This document shows positions 37,393 to 47,606 of a stretch of DNA of 64,000 nucleotides, in pieces. The position numbers and the translations under genes are program-made. The stretch is from positions 77,020 through 141,019 of the forward strand of contig CAYZOT010000004.1 of the NCBI GenBank assembly GCA_964480515.1, given 5' to 3'. The stretch comes from an uncultured Gemmatimonadota bacterium (GTDB lineage: Bacteria; Gemmatimonadota; Gemmatimonadetes; Palauibacterales; Palauibacteraceae). The number at the start of each line of letters is the position of its first letter. Positions within the stretch are counted from its first letter, which is position 1. The notes below the pieces were generated by a model, which was not told the origin of the DNA, searched no databases, and was given only the letters and a program-made list of their open reading frames with translations.

Positions 37393-38805
37393 ATGGAAGG
37401 TGAGGTTTCGAAAGCGCAGACAACAGGTCGCGGTCAATGGACCTCGAACCTCGGATTCGTGCTGGCAGCGACGGGTAGCGCGATTGGGCTCGGGAACCTT
37501 TGGAAGTTCCCCTTCATCACCTGGGATAATCGCGGTGGAGCCTTCGTCCTCGTCTATTTGATCTGCATTATTGCGGTGGGTCTCCCAATCATGATGGCGG
37601 AGATTCTAATCGGCAGGAAGACGCAAAAGAGTGCTGTTGGAGCGATGAAGGAAGCCTTCGGGGCGCGGTGGGGATTAGTTGGTGCGATTGGCGTCCTCGC
37701 CGGTTTCGTCATCCTCAGCTACTACGCGGTCATAGCTGGGTGGTCACTATACTACTTCGGTAAGGCGCTGGGTTGGAGTGCATCGGGTTTCCCGTCGGGA
37801 CTCCGACTTGGGGATGAATTCACTTCATTTGCGGCTCGGGGTGGTCTCCAGATCATCCTGTCTGGGCTCTTCATGGCTGCAACGATGAGCGTTGTTTGGT
37901 CAGGTATTAAAGGTGGAATTGAGCGAACCGCGCGGCTTCTTCTCCCAATTCTCTTTGGGATACTCGTGCTCCTCCTTCTGAGTGCGTTAAGCATGGAGGG
38001 GTCCAGCGAAGCACTCGTGTTCATCTTCCGACCGAATTTTAGTGCGCTCGGACCAGATGGCGTTCTTGAGGCATTGGGTCATGCCTTTTTTACACTGTCT
38101 TTGGGTATGGGGGCTATGATTACCTATGGTTCGTATGTGGCGAAAAGGCAGTCGATTGTAAAAGCAGCAGGTATGATCGTGTTATTGGACACCCTGATCG
38201 CGCTTTTTGCTACGGTCATCATGTTTTCGGTGATCTTCTCGGTGCCAGGGATGGAAGAACAAGTCGGCGGGTCAACCGTTGGAATGCTCTTCATTTCACT
38301 TCCGGAGTTATTCTATACGACCGTCCCATTCGGGCGTGCTTTGGCTCCAGCGTTTTACATTCTTGTCGCGTTTGCTGCTCTTACCTCGACGATCTCACTC
38401 CTGGAAGTGGTGGCTGCTTACATGATAGATGAACATGGAGTGGGGAGGAAAAAAGCAACACTAATGACTGGTGGTGCGATCTTCCTTGTAACCGTCATGT
38501 GCGCAATGTCGTTTGGTGGTTGGGGTGCCGTGAGTAACTTTGAACTCTTCGAGGGTAAAGCAGGAATGTTCGGCACTCTTGACCATCTTGCATCTAATTG
38601 GCTTCTCCCCGTCGGGGGCTTCCTGATCACACTGGCAACGGGCTGGTTCATGACGCGAGAAGACTCCGAATCTGAATTGGCTGCTGGAGGAGTTCCTTCC
38701 TGGTACAAATATGGGGCATGGCGCTTCTTTATTCGTTATATCGCACCAGTTTCGGTAGGTGCGATTCTTGTAGCCGTTGGTTTCTTCGGGGTCGACTTTA
38801 GCTAA
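37393..38805 (+). CDS. sodium-dependent transporter, neurotransmitter:sodium symporter (SNF/NSS) family
   Basis: GFVLAATGSAIGLGNLWKFPF N-terminal signature, ~12 TM segments. Confidence 0.85.
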   Translation: MEGEVSKAQTTGRGQWTSNLGFVLAATGSAIGLGNLWKFPFITWDNRGGAFVLVYLICIIAVGLPIMMAEILIGRKTQKSAVGAMKEAFGARWGLVGAIGVLAGFVILSYYAVIAGWSLYYFGKALGWSASGFPSGLRLGDEFTSFAARGGLQIILSGLFMAATMSVVWSGIKGGIERTARLLLPILFGILVLLLLSALSMEGSSEALVFIFRPNFSALGPDGVLEALGHAFFTLSLGMGAMITYGSYVAKRQSIVKAAGMIVLLDTLIALFATVIMFSVIFSVPGMEEQVGGSTVGMLFISLPELFYTTVPFGRALAPAFYILVAFAALTSTISLLEVVAAYMIDEHGVGRKKATLMTGGAIFLVTVMCAMSFGGWGAVSNFELFEGKAGMFGTLDHLASNWLLPVGGFLITLATGWFMTREDSESELAAGGVPSWYKYGAWRFFIRYIAPVSVGAILVAVGFFGVDFS

Positions 38806-39069
38806 GAATCGAACGACTCGGGGTTTTCAGATGGCGAGTGACTGTTCTGAAGGTAGGGGTAAACGTTGCATATATTGCTGGGTGTTTTATGGGGTGGTAT
38901 GTGATTCGTTGCGGCTATGTTTGTCTGGCGAGTAAGCCCGTGTCACGATCCATGGGTGGGAGGCGTTATTTTGGTGGAGTTAAGGAACTCTAGGGGATGA
39001 GCAGGGTCTGTAATTGAATAAAGTTGGGAGTAATAGGAGGTTTGGTGTGTACGCGATGAGCGTGGCAAG

Positions 39070-39219
39070 GTGAAGAAACTGAAATTGCTGATAGCCCTGA
39101 CAGTAAGCTTTGCACTGATTGCGATTGGTCAGCGTAACCAAAGTGGTCAGAAAGACGACCGGACTGAGCGAGAGCAGGTTCAGGACGCAAGTGCGGAAGC
39201 CGAGTCGTGGTTTATCTAG
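39070..39219 (+). CDS. hypothetical 49-aa secreted/membrane peptide (GTG start) in a 523-bp intergenic region
   Basis: VKKLKLLIALTVSFALIAIG... hydrophobic N-terminus; AGGAGG upstream at suboptimal distance. Confidence 0.15.
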   Translation: MKKLKLLIALTVSFALIAIGQRNQSGQKDDRTEREQVQDASAEAESWFI

Positions 39220-39328
39220 TATAGCAATAGATTGGGGGCCGCCGCGCAAGCCACCTTCCTGGCGGTGCACCCGGAGCGAGGGTGGATAGTTATAAACAGC
39301 CTAACCCGTAGCTCCCCAAAGGCAACGT

Positions 39329-40537
39329 ATGAAGCGAACCTCTTCGAGGCCTCTGATCCCTACTGACAAACATTTCTGTCTCCGAGGTCTCTTAGCTCTG
39401 GCTGCCATCCAATTTTCTGCCTGTTCCGAAGAGGCAACAATTGGACCGGAGATCGCGGATTGTTCGATTTCGCTTGAACGATTTACCGATGGTGGTGTCG
39501 ACCGTTCCGGGATCCCAGCCCTAAGAAATCCGAAAGTGTCGCTCCGAGCGACTCCCGATGTTGGCTACATTTTCAGATCAGATCTCGTTATCGGGCTTCA
39601 GTTCAATGGCCAGCCTCTGGCGATTCCACTAAAGCTTCTCTGGTGGCATGAAGTCGTAAACTTTGAAGTCCCTGGAGAGCGACTGACCGTAACCTACTCG
39701 CCACTTACGGGCTCGAGTCTCGTATTCAACCCAGCACCAACAGGTGTCGGCGATTTTGAAGTGTCGAAGTACGTACTCGATACGAATCTGGTGATGGAAG
39801 ACGTCGAAGGGACGCTATGGCCGCAAATGATCTCTGCGGCCAGCTGTGGTCCCAAAGATGGATTGAGCTTAGTCCGGGTTCCATATGAACAGATGTCTTT
39901 CGCCGCTTGGTCTGCAATCCATCAGAATACCTGGGTCGTTTCGATGGACACCGGGTTTGATTATTTGTATACGCTCTATCCCTATGGAGACTATCGCGAA
40001 CTCAACAACACAACGCTTCGCTACCCGATTGCGTCCCAAATTGACCAACGACGCCCTCCTAAAGAGCGAGTGATCGGGGTGCCGGCGGGAACAGGAGGGA
40101 TCGCGTTTCCAATTCCCCTGCTTGCGCAGAGAGCTATCAGCGACCAAGGGGGCGGGTCGGTCGTTTTTGTATGGGCCGCCAGTGCAATGGCAGGGAGTAC
40201 ACCAGTAGTCGCATTCTGGAACTCTATGGCAGGTGCCGTTGTCTACCGTTCGGCTGCAAACGGTCAGTCATTAACCTTCGAAGTTGTGAACGGGGCACGG
40301 CGGGACATTGAAACTGGCAGCAGGTGGAACTTTGCTGGTAGGGCGGTGGAAGGGCCGCTGGAAGGTGCTCAGCTCGCGCCAATGTCAGACGCGTATCATG
40401 CATTTTGGTTTGCGTGGGCAGCGTACCAACCCGACACGGAAGTTTGGCAGCCCTCTGGATCGGTATCGGTTGTGCCAGACTTCGATCCGCTCGCACCGTC
40501 CACTGAGCCCGTTGATTGGGGCCTGGCCACCCGCTGA
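39329..40537 (+). CDS. hypothetical secreted lipoprotein (DUF3179-like)
   Basis: Signal plus lipobox (FSAC); conserved-looking YVLDTN...GTLWPQ...W..W..H.NTWVVS.DTG block. Confidence 0.45.
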   Translation: MKRTSSRPLIPTDKHFCLRGLLALAAIQFSACSEEATIGPEIADCSISLERFTDGGVDRSGIPALRNPKVSLRATPDVGYIFRSDLVIGLQFNGQPLAIPLKLLWWHEVVNFEVPGERLTVTYSPLTGSSLVFNPAPTGVGDFEVSKYVLDTNLVMEDVEGTLWPQMISAASCGPKDGLSLVRVPYEQMSFAAWSAIHQNTWVVSMDTGFDYLYTLYPYGDYRELNNTTLRYPIASQIDQRRPPKERVIGVPAGTGGIAFPIPLLAQRAISDQGGGSVVFVWAASAMAGSTPVVAFWNSMAGAVVYRSAANGQSLTFEVVNGARRDIETGSRWNFAGRAVEGPLEGAQLAPMSDAYHAFWFAWAAYQPDTEVWQPSGSVSVVPDFDPLAPSTEPVDWGLATR

Positions 40538-40610
40538 TTTGGATAGGGATTTCAATAGGCAACTTACAAGCTGAAAACGTGAGGTGCGTATCCTTCGACT
40601 GTCGGACTAC

Positions 40611-40847
40611 CTACCAATCTTCTTCTGGGGGATCCCACGTTTGAGCCCAGAATTCATCTTCTTTCGCGCGAACTCTCTCAACGTCTACAACTTCGATATC
40701 TTCCGCTTCGACATGACCGACACTCTCAATTTGTCGCATGATATCGTCCGTAACACTTTGGTCGCGATCCAAGCGGAATCGCCGTCTTGTCGAGGCACCA
40801 ACCGCTAGAACTAGAATCGCCATTATTATGAAAAGAAGTTTGGTCAT
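40611..40847 (-). CDS. small secreted/membrane protein, acidic C-terminus
   Basis: MTKLLFIIMAILVLAVGAS signal; ATG overlaps the stop of the upstream SDR gene (ATGA). Confidence 0.35.
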   Translation of the reverse strand: MTKLLFIIMAILVLAVGASTRRRFRLDRDQSVTDDIMRQIESVGHVEAEDIEVVDVERVRAKEDEFWAQTWDPPEEDW

Positions 40848-41629
40848 GGTTTCCTGGACTGAGTCCAACCCATCAGGCTAGTGCCTGCTCTGCGTGGCAA
40901 CCAACCGAGAACACACGTTGCGAGTTTGTTGAGGAGTCCCGTAACGACTACTGGTCGACCCGCCTTCATTCCATGATATCCGATGCGAGCCACATCTGCC
41001 GCTTCCATAAACAGAAGTCGCTCAGCCATAGGTGGAATCGAGAGTCCGGCAGCCTCGTGAAACTCTGAAGTGGTACCCCCCGGACAAAGCGCCGAGAGGA
41101 TAACGCCTGAACCCTTCAGTTCATGATGGATGGCTTCCGAAAAGTGCAGCACGAACGCTTTGCTTGCGAAATATGAGGCCATGTATGGGCTAGCCATGAA
41201 GCCCGCGATCGAGGCCACGTTCATAATGTAGCCCTTGTCGCGTTCGACCATTTGGTCAAGCACCAGACGAGTGAGTCGTACTAATGCTGTCACGTTGAGG
41301 TCAATAAGTGCTGTACTTCGATCGATTGGGGTGCCTGCGAACTTTCCAAACGTGCCGAACCCGGCGTTATTAACCAACACTTCTACGGGGTTTCCTTCCG
41401 TCGCGGCCATGACGCGCTCGGGCCCATCGCGCTCGGTTAGATCCACTACTGCCACTAGTGGATTGGTCCCATACTTGGTAGCAAGTTCCGAAGCCAGACT
41501 CTCGAGTCGATCGCGGCGTCGAGCCACCAAAAGTGGACGATAGCCATCGGCAGCGACGAGACGGGCTAGCTCCCTACCGATGCCAGCGGATGCGCCAGTT
41601 ACTATGGCGAGGCGGCTTGGACATCTCAC
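40844..41629 (-). CDS. short-chain dehydrogenase/reductase (SDR) family oxidoreductase
   Basis: TGASAGIGRELA cofactor motif, NNAG, catalytic Y-x3-K (YFASKAF). Confidence 0.8.
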   Translation of the reverse strand: MRCPSRLAIVTGASAGIGRELARLVAADGYRPLLVARRRDRLESLASELATKYGTNPLVAVVDLTERDGPERVMAATEGNPVEVLVNNAGFGTFGKFAGTPIDRSTALIDLNVTALVRLTRLVLDQMVERDKGYIMNVASIAGFMASPYMASYFASKAFVLHFSEAIHHELKGSGVILSALCPGGTTSEFHEAAGLSIPPMAERLLFMEAADVARIGYHGMKAGRPVVVTGLLNKLATCVLGWLPRRAGTSLMGWTQSRKP

Positions 41630-41764
41630 GTGGTACAGCTCCTATTTGGGCTTTGAGAGCGACCAACAAAATCCATTAAACGATGGTCGTTGAGGACTGA
41701 TTGTTTGGTCAAGGAAACGCTGTTGTTGAGGCAAACATTGGCTGACGGATCGTATCTGTCGAAA

Positions 41765-42751
41765 CTACTCTTCCAAACGTGCCAGCTCAGCCTCAGCCGC
41801 AATGTAGCCAAATCCAGCCCACCCAGTACCCGAAATGATTTGGCGAAATGCATCAACAGCCTGCTCAGTCCGTTTATGATAGAAGTGCCAGTTTGCCACG
41901 CCGTAGGCAATTGCGACCCCCGAAGGATCCTGGCTGGTTGGGTCCCACAAATCATCGGCCTCAGAATCGCCCTGGTACATCAGAAGGAGCTGGTGATAGC
42001 TCTGGTTCTCAATCACAGTGAGATCGGCCGAAATTGCTTCGAGGACCTGATCCGCCTCGGCATCCCGATCAAGCCGGCGCAGTGCCATGTACCACCAGTG
42101 TGAAATGGCCACGAGCATATCCGGATTTGTCACCACATCCATGTAATTCCGGTAAGAATCTAAGGCGGCCTCAAAATCGCCATTTAGGTAGTATGCCAAG
42201 GCCAAGTGGTAGTGAATATTTGAGTGGAGTGAACTGGTGGGGATGCCTCGTTCGTTTGGTTGACCATCCGGTTCCACGGTGTCTTCCGTTCCGCGAACGA
42301 GGCCAGCCCCATGCGAAAGGTCTGCAATCGCTAGATCAAATTCTCGGATGCTGATGTATCGGTGGCCACGGTGACGATACATGCGGGCGTCACCCGGGTG
42401 CTTCCCGATGCCTTCAGTGAAAATCTCGATGGCCTCTCGATAGAGGCCTAAATATGCGGTGCGGCGTCCGAGCCAGATGATGGCGTCTGCATCATTTGGA
42501 TCAGCGTCGTAGGCTATACGGGCTGCCTCACGATCGGCGATTTGCTGAGTCACCACTTCCGTGGTGTCTGTACTTGGGTAGAGTGGTTGGCCTAAGAGGG
42601 AAATGGCCTGGGCGCCCTCAGGTAACGCGGTGGCCGAGGTGGCTGGATCTCCCTCCAGTTCTTCTGAATCGATTGCTTTGGAACAAGCCATTGGCGCAAT
42701 TGCGAGGCAAACAGTAGCAGCGAACGTGTGAATACCCTGACTAAAACGCAT
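41765..42751 (-). CDS. tetratricopeptide-repeat lipoprotein
   Basis: Signal peptide/lipobox (MACS); repeated A-x-x-Y / W-x-x-G TPR-like helices. Confidence 0.55.
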   Translation of the reverse strand: MRFSQGIHTFAATVCLAIAPMACSKAIDSEELEGDPATSATALPEGAQAISLLGQPLYPSTDTTEVVTQQIADREAARIAYDADPNDADAIIWLGRRTAYLGLYREAIEIFTEGIGKHPGDARMYRHRGHRYISIREFDLAIADLSHGAGLVRGTEDTVEPDGQPNERGIPTSSLHSNIHYHLALAYYLNGDFEAALDSYRNYMDVVTNPDMLVAISHWWYMALRRLDRDAEADQVLEAISADLTVIENQSYHQLLLMYQGDSEADDLWDPTSQDPSGVAIAYGVANWHFYHKRTEQAVDAFRQIISGTGWAGFGYIAAEAELARLEE

Positions 42752-43075
42752 CGTTATTCTCCTGGTTGGCCGCTTGTGTTTTGATACGATTCCCTGCGCT
42801 CAAAATCTGTACTGTGCATAACCATGTCTGGGTGACGACGCTAGATTGGTGCCTTGCAGCGTTCGACCATTGCACGCGCGCATTAGCCTGCTACACGTTT
42901 GGCACACGCTGCAACCTATACTGAGAAAACATAACGAAAGCCAGCACAAAAAATCCCAAGGGAGAGTGCTGATAACCTGTGGGATAGGTTTTTAGCGGGC
43001 GAGCAGGGCCCGATGACAATCCCATAAGAGCAACTCCAGGTGGATCGTGTCTTTGAAAAAACGAAGGAGTACACT

Positions 43076-44497
43076 ATGCGAAAGCTCGTTTGTCTAATCG
43101 GTTTGGTCTTCACTGCTGTGCTTCTTCACCCTGGCCATATGGTTGGCCAGTCATTTGCCTCTCTTTCTGGCGAAGTTCGCCGCTTTGTTAGCGTTGACAG
43201 TCCTGTTTTCGCGCTTACTAACGTTCGCGTTGTCGACGGAACGGGAGCGCCCGCCCGGGATGCTCAGACAGTGATTGTGATGGACGGCCTGATTCGAGAT
43301 GTGGGTCCGACAGAGAAGGTCAGTGTACCCGAGGGTGCCGAGATTCTTAACCTCGACGGGTACACCGTAATTCCGGGAATCATCGGAATGCACGACCACA
43401 CAGACTATGCAGGAGCGAAAGGTAGGCTTACGCTTGGCTTCAGTGCCCCCCGCATCTATTTGGCAAGCGGTGTCACGACGATTCGTACCACCGGAAGCAT
43501 CTCGCCATACATCGAACTGAACCTCAAGCACGCCATCGATGCAGGACAGACTCCTGGCCCTCGTATGCACATTACCGGGCCACGTTTATCGGAGGGGCTC
43601 GGCAACTACTCTCCTACAAGCGAAGAGCAAGCGCGCCGAATCGTTCGATATTGGGTGGAGGAAGGGGCGAGTTGGATCAAGGCGCATGCCCGAATCAGTC
43701 GTGCTAACCTGGCGGCAGCTATCGATGAAGCGCACAAGCAAGGGATCAAGTTCACAGGCCATCTGTGCTCAGTAACCTATGATGAAGCGATCGACATGGG
43801 GATTGATAACCTTGAACACGGGCTTTTCGTTTCATCGGATTTCGTACCGAACAAAGAACCGGACGTTTGCCCGAGAGGCCAGCGTGAAAGTCTAGTTAAT
43901 CTGGACATCGATGGACCGGAGGTACGGGCGCTCATCCAGAAAGCCGTGAAGAGTGGTGTGGCGATCACATCCACACTCGCAGTTATTGAGCAACTCACGC
44001 CCGGCCGCCCGGTGGAAGACCGTGTTTTGGAAATAATGTCTCCCGAAGTGCGTGAGTCATTCTTGGAAGCACATGAGCTCGTCCAGAATTCTGCGGCCAC
44101 ATCACCGCTCGGAATGGTGTGGAAAAATGCCCTCGCCTTCGAGAAAGCCTTTGCTGATGCTGGAGGCCTACTGGTGGCAGGTGTAGACCCTACGGGTAAT
44201 GGTGGAGCCATCCCGGGTTTTGGGGATCAGCGAAACTTCGAACTGTTGATCGAGGCAGGGTTCACGCCGGAGAAGGCCATAGAAATTATGACGGCCAACG
44301 GCGCTAAGGTTTTGGGTGAATTCGATCGATTAGGATCTGTCTCACCCGGGAAACGAGCGGATCTGGTCGCTATTCAGGGCGACCCTGTATCAAATCCGGC
44401 TGATATCCGTAACGTGCGCATCGTTTTCAAAGATGGGGTCGGATACCATGCAGCCAATTTGCTGGATTCTGTGAGAGAGTCTGTGGGCGCACGCTGA
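43076..44497 (+). CDS. secreted amidohydrolase-family metal-dependent hydrolase
   Basis: Signal peptide; GIIGMHDHTDY (HxH metal motif), downstream His/Asp pattern. Confidence 0.7.
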   Translation: MRKLVCLIGLVFTAVLLHPGHMVGQSFASLSGEVRRFVSVDSPVFALTNVRVVDGTGAPARDAQTVIVMDGLIRDVGPTEKVSVPEGAEILNLDGYTVIPGIIGMHDHTDYAGAKGRLTLGFSAPRIYLASGVTTIRTTGSISPYIELNLKHAIDAGQTPGPRMHITGPRLSEGLGNYSPTSEEQARRIVRYWVEEGASWIKAHARISRANLAAAIDEAHKQGIKFTGHLCSVTYDEAIDMGIDNLEHGLFVSSDFVPNKEPDVCPRGQRESLVNLDIDGPEVRALIQKAVKSGVAITSTLAVIEQLTPGRPVEDRVLEIMSPEVRESFLEAHELVQNSAATSPLGMVWKNALAFEKAFADAGGLLVAGVDPTGNGGAIPGFGDQRNFELLIEAGFTPEKAIEIMTANGAKVLGEFDRLGSVSPGKRADLVAIQGDPVSNPADIRNVRIVFKDGVGYHAANLLDSVRESVGAR

Positions 44498-44633
44498 CTT
44501 TAGCATTTTCTCAGGCCCGTTCGATCACAGTGAAATTGTCAGCGTTGCACTGAACGACTGACTTTATGTAAAGTGATATTGGTTAATGAGTGTTTCGGTC
44601 ACTTTCAGCATAATACTAACGAGGAGTCGTCAA

Positions 44634-44954
44634 ATGCTTGGGAAAGTTTTGATGTGGGGTTCATTAGCTGTTGCAGTACTCGCACACTTCATGCCTGATG
44701 CTTTCGACTTTGCACTAGTGTTAGTGGCGCTTGGACTCGTAAGCGGGTTTATGAATCCGATCGCTGACGTTGGAACGCGAGTAGCTTATTACGTGCTAGC
44801 TGTGGCTCTGCCAGGAATTGCAGGACACTTGAATGCGATTCCAGCGGTTGGTGAGATTGTGGGCGGAATCTTGACCAACTTCACCGGTGTTATAGCGGGT
44901 GCCGCGGTTGCGCAGGTCTTGCTCCAGTTAATGAAACAGTTGAAAGAAGCCTAA
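44634..44954 (+). CDS. small hypothetical membrane protein
   Basis: Three predicted hydrophobic helices; no homology recognised. Confidence 0.35.
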   Translation: MLGKVLMWGSLAVAVLAHFMPDAFDFALVLVALGLVSGFMNPIADVGTRVAYYVLAVALPGIAGHLNAIPAVGEIVGGILTNFTGVIAGAAVAQVLLQLMKQLKEA

Positions 44955-44999
44955 GAACAAAAGCGATTTGCGTCGCGTTCTTTCAACAAAAGGGTTGGC

Positions 45000-45986
45000 T
45001 TACGACGTGGGGGTTAGCGCCTGAGCGATGAGTTTGCCGTGATGGCGGCCATTCTCGATGAAAATCTTATTGGCATTAAACCCCGCCGTGAGAACACCTG
45101 CAACGAAAATCCCGGGGACGTTAGTTGCCATAGTCCTCGGGTTGTGATCGGGGATGCCAGTGCTCGGATCAGTATGAACTCCGAGTCCGTGAAGAAGAGT
45201 GTGGTCTGGGCGCCAACCGGTCATTGCGAGGACCCAGTCGTTGTCGAGCATCTTCGTCGACCCATCTCCCTCATTTTGAAGCACCACTCGGTCCGAGAAC
45301 ACTTCGATTACACGTGCGCCCCAACATGCTTGGATGTCCCCTGCCTCAATGCGGTTCAAGATGTCCGGTAAGATCCAAGGTTTAACGCCGCGATCGAATT
45401 CATTTTCGAAATGGACTACCGTTACCCGTCCCCCTCCGCGATGCAAAGCAAGAGCGGCCTCTACCGCTGAGTTTCCTCCTCCCACGACCATAACTTCCTG
45501 ATTGTAGTATGGGTGCGATTCCCGAAACGCATGTAGCACCTTCGCGGAATCTCCTCCGGGCACGTTGAGTTTATTGGCCTCCGACATGGCGCCAGTAGCC
45601 AACACGATAGCGTTGGTCTCCGTTTCAAGCTCTTCGCCAGTATGGGTGCGCGTTGACAACTGAAAGTGGTCCTTACTTCTGCTAATGTGAGAAACTTCCT
45701 CGTACTGTCGAAGGTTCAACTCGTATCGATCAGCTACAGCACGATAGTAAGAGAGTGCCTCTCTTCGGGTGGGTTTCGTGCCGGATATTACAAAAGGAAT
45801 ATCCGCAATCTCGAGCCGTTCTGGGGTGCTGAAAAACGTCAGGTAAGTTGGGTACCCCATGATGGTCTGGACGAGACAACCGCGATCGAAAAGTACGGTG
45901 TGGAGCCCTGCACGCTTTGCCGCTATGCCTGCAGCGAGCCCGCAGGGCCCGGCGCCGACAATAGCAACGTCTACCGTTTTGGGCAT
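45000..45986 (-). CDS. FAD-dependent thioredoxin-reductase-like oxidoreductase, YpdA-like (putative bacillithiol-disulfide reductase family)
   Basis: VAIVGAGPCGLAAG FAD motif, second GGGNSAVEAAL NAD(P) motif, ~328 aa, no CxxC redox pair in the TrxB position. Confidence 0.6.
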   Translation of the reverse strand: MPKTVDVAIVGAGPCGLAAGIAAKRAGLHTVLFDRGCLVQTIMGYPTYLTFFSTPERLEIADIPFVISGTKPTRREALSYYRAVADRYELNLRQYEEVSHISRSKDHFQLSTRTHTGEELETETNAIVLATGAMSEANKLNVPGGDSAKVLHAFRESHPYYNQEVMVVGGGNSAVEAALALHRGGGRVTVVHFENEFDRGVKPWILPDILNRIEAGDIQACWGARVIEVFSDRVVLQNEGDGSTKMLDNDWVLAMTGWRPDHTLLHGLGVHTDPSTGIPDHNPRTMATNVPGIFVAGVLTAGFNANKIFIENGRHHGKLIAQALTPTS

Positions 45987-46109
45987 GGTACCCAGATCCT
46001 TATAGATGACATGCAGTTTTTCGAGTCAGTTTAGAATGAAAAAGGGTTCAGTGTCCGCTTATAGACGGCTGAAAATTCGACAGGGGCACAGGATGGAATC
46101 CTATGAAGC

Positions 46110-47450
46110 TCAGTCTCTGATCGGGAGCTGATCCAGTCCGGCCAGGATCTGATCTCGTAGCTCCGCCAGTTGATCGCGTTTGGCTGACTCAGGCAAGTCA
46201 TGAGCTGCATAGTTAAAGACCCACAATACCACCTCTTTCGCTTCGTCAACATCGTGTTGATTTCGCATATGAGGACCTCGTTCTGCCAATCGTTCGACGA
46301 GGTGTTCATATCCGAAACGAACCGCGTTATATGTCCAATGCGAAGGAGAAAACTGTGCGATGTGGTACAGGTCATCGAAAGGCTCGCGGCTGCTTTGTGA
46401 ACGCTCCACCATCGAGCGGGCTGCGTGAAACGTAGCGTGGCGCGGCAGATCGAGCGCATTTAACGCTAGACCAAGATAGATGCTCGAATGATTGGCCGGC
46501 TCGAATGCCCAGCCGAGATACATCCATTGCGCCCAGTTCTCTGTCGCATTGTCGATGGGGCGGTCCGTGTGTCGTGAGGCACGTGCTGCATTCCCGACGT
46601 CCCACCACCCGTCATGGAGGAGCTGGTGGATGGCTGTCCGGTCGCCCGTGCGGAGCATGTGCTGGGTGGCAAGCGTGGCGATCCAGCGTCTGGTCTCAAA
46701 GCATTCAGTAGGCCGGAAGCGGTCGAATGGTTCCATGACGCAAGGCGCATCCGGGTTCTCGGGTTCTCGCTCGGAAACCCGCAGCGCGAGCACAGCCCAG
46801 AGGAGCGCTTCGACCGAGTGGGTATCGTGATACCACTCGATGTGTTCACGCGCTGTTCCATACTCGGTCGGGTAGTCCAAAATGGCCTTGTTGATGGGTG
46901 CCTCAGGCATCCAGTCCATGTTGCCGAACTCAAGTGACCACAGCGGGAAGTTAAGTGCGATCTGGGTTTTTAGTGGATCAATCCCTGCCATTCGTTCGGT
47001 TGTCATATCCGGTGGAAACAAATCACGGCCAAATATATTCGCGGCAAAGACGCCGTCGCCTCCAATCCGCTTTCCCCCGGGCTGAAAAATCCGGAGATTA
47101 CGCTGCATTTTTGCTGACGGAACGGTACGGATATAAGCCACAATATCATGTGCTGTGGTGGTATCGACGTGGGCGACTGCGCGTCGGACGATCGTGGTGT
47201 CTGGGTAGGCGAAGAACTTCAAATCAACTCCATCCCCAGATGAATGACAGGACGAACAGTTGAGTTGGAAGGCTTCCAGTCCGGCGACAGCGTTACCGTT
47301 AATTTGGGGTGGTCTGAGGTCGGGACCAGTATTTGATTCAGAGCTGCAACCTGCGGTGAGTGCAAGTGTCACGGTGAACAGGAGCCCACGACACCAAGGG
47401 TTGTACCATATGTTCGTTACACTTCGCTCGGGTCGCTTGAATTGCCGCAT
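46110..47450 (-). CDS. lipoprotein with N-terminal c-type cytochrome domain (CSSCH) and large C-terminal domain of unknown function
   Basis: Lipobox LTAGC; CxxCH heme-binding motif with a downstream Met candidate. Start set at the internal Met. Confidence 0.5.
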   Translation of the reverse strand: MRQFKRPERSVTNIWYNPWCRGLLFTVTLALTAGCSSESNTGPDLRPPQINGNAVAGLEAFQLNCSSCHSSGDGVDLKFFAYPDTTIVRRAVAHVDTTTAHDIVAYIRTVPSAKMQRNLRIFQPGGKRIGGDGVFAANIFGRDLFPPDMTTERMAGIDPLKTQIALNFPLWSLEFGNMDWMPEAPINKAILDYPTEYGTAREHIEWYHDTHSVEALLWAVLALRVSEREPENPDAPCVMEPFDRFRPTECFETRRWIATLATQHMLRTGDRTAIHQLLHDGWWDVGNAARASRHTDRPIDNATENWAQWMYLGWAFEPANHSSIYLGLALNALDLPRHATFHAARSMVERSQSSREPFDDLYHIAQFSPSHWTYNAVRFGYEHLVERLAERGPHMRNQHDVDEAKEVVLWVFNYAAHDLPESAKRDQLAELRDQILAGLDQLPIRD

Positions 47451-47606
47451 ACTATTGTTTGTCCGGTCACTAGGTGCCTGTTTCGGTGCTTGATCGTTCC
47501 TCACTAGACTGGGGCCACTTAGATGTTTGCGCCACAGAGATGTACTAGAACTAAGGTCAATAAGGTGCCCCGAAGATTAACCAGGCCACGGACAAAAGAG
47601 TTTATA

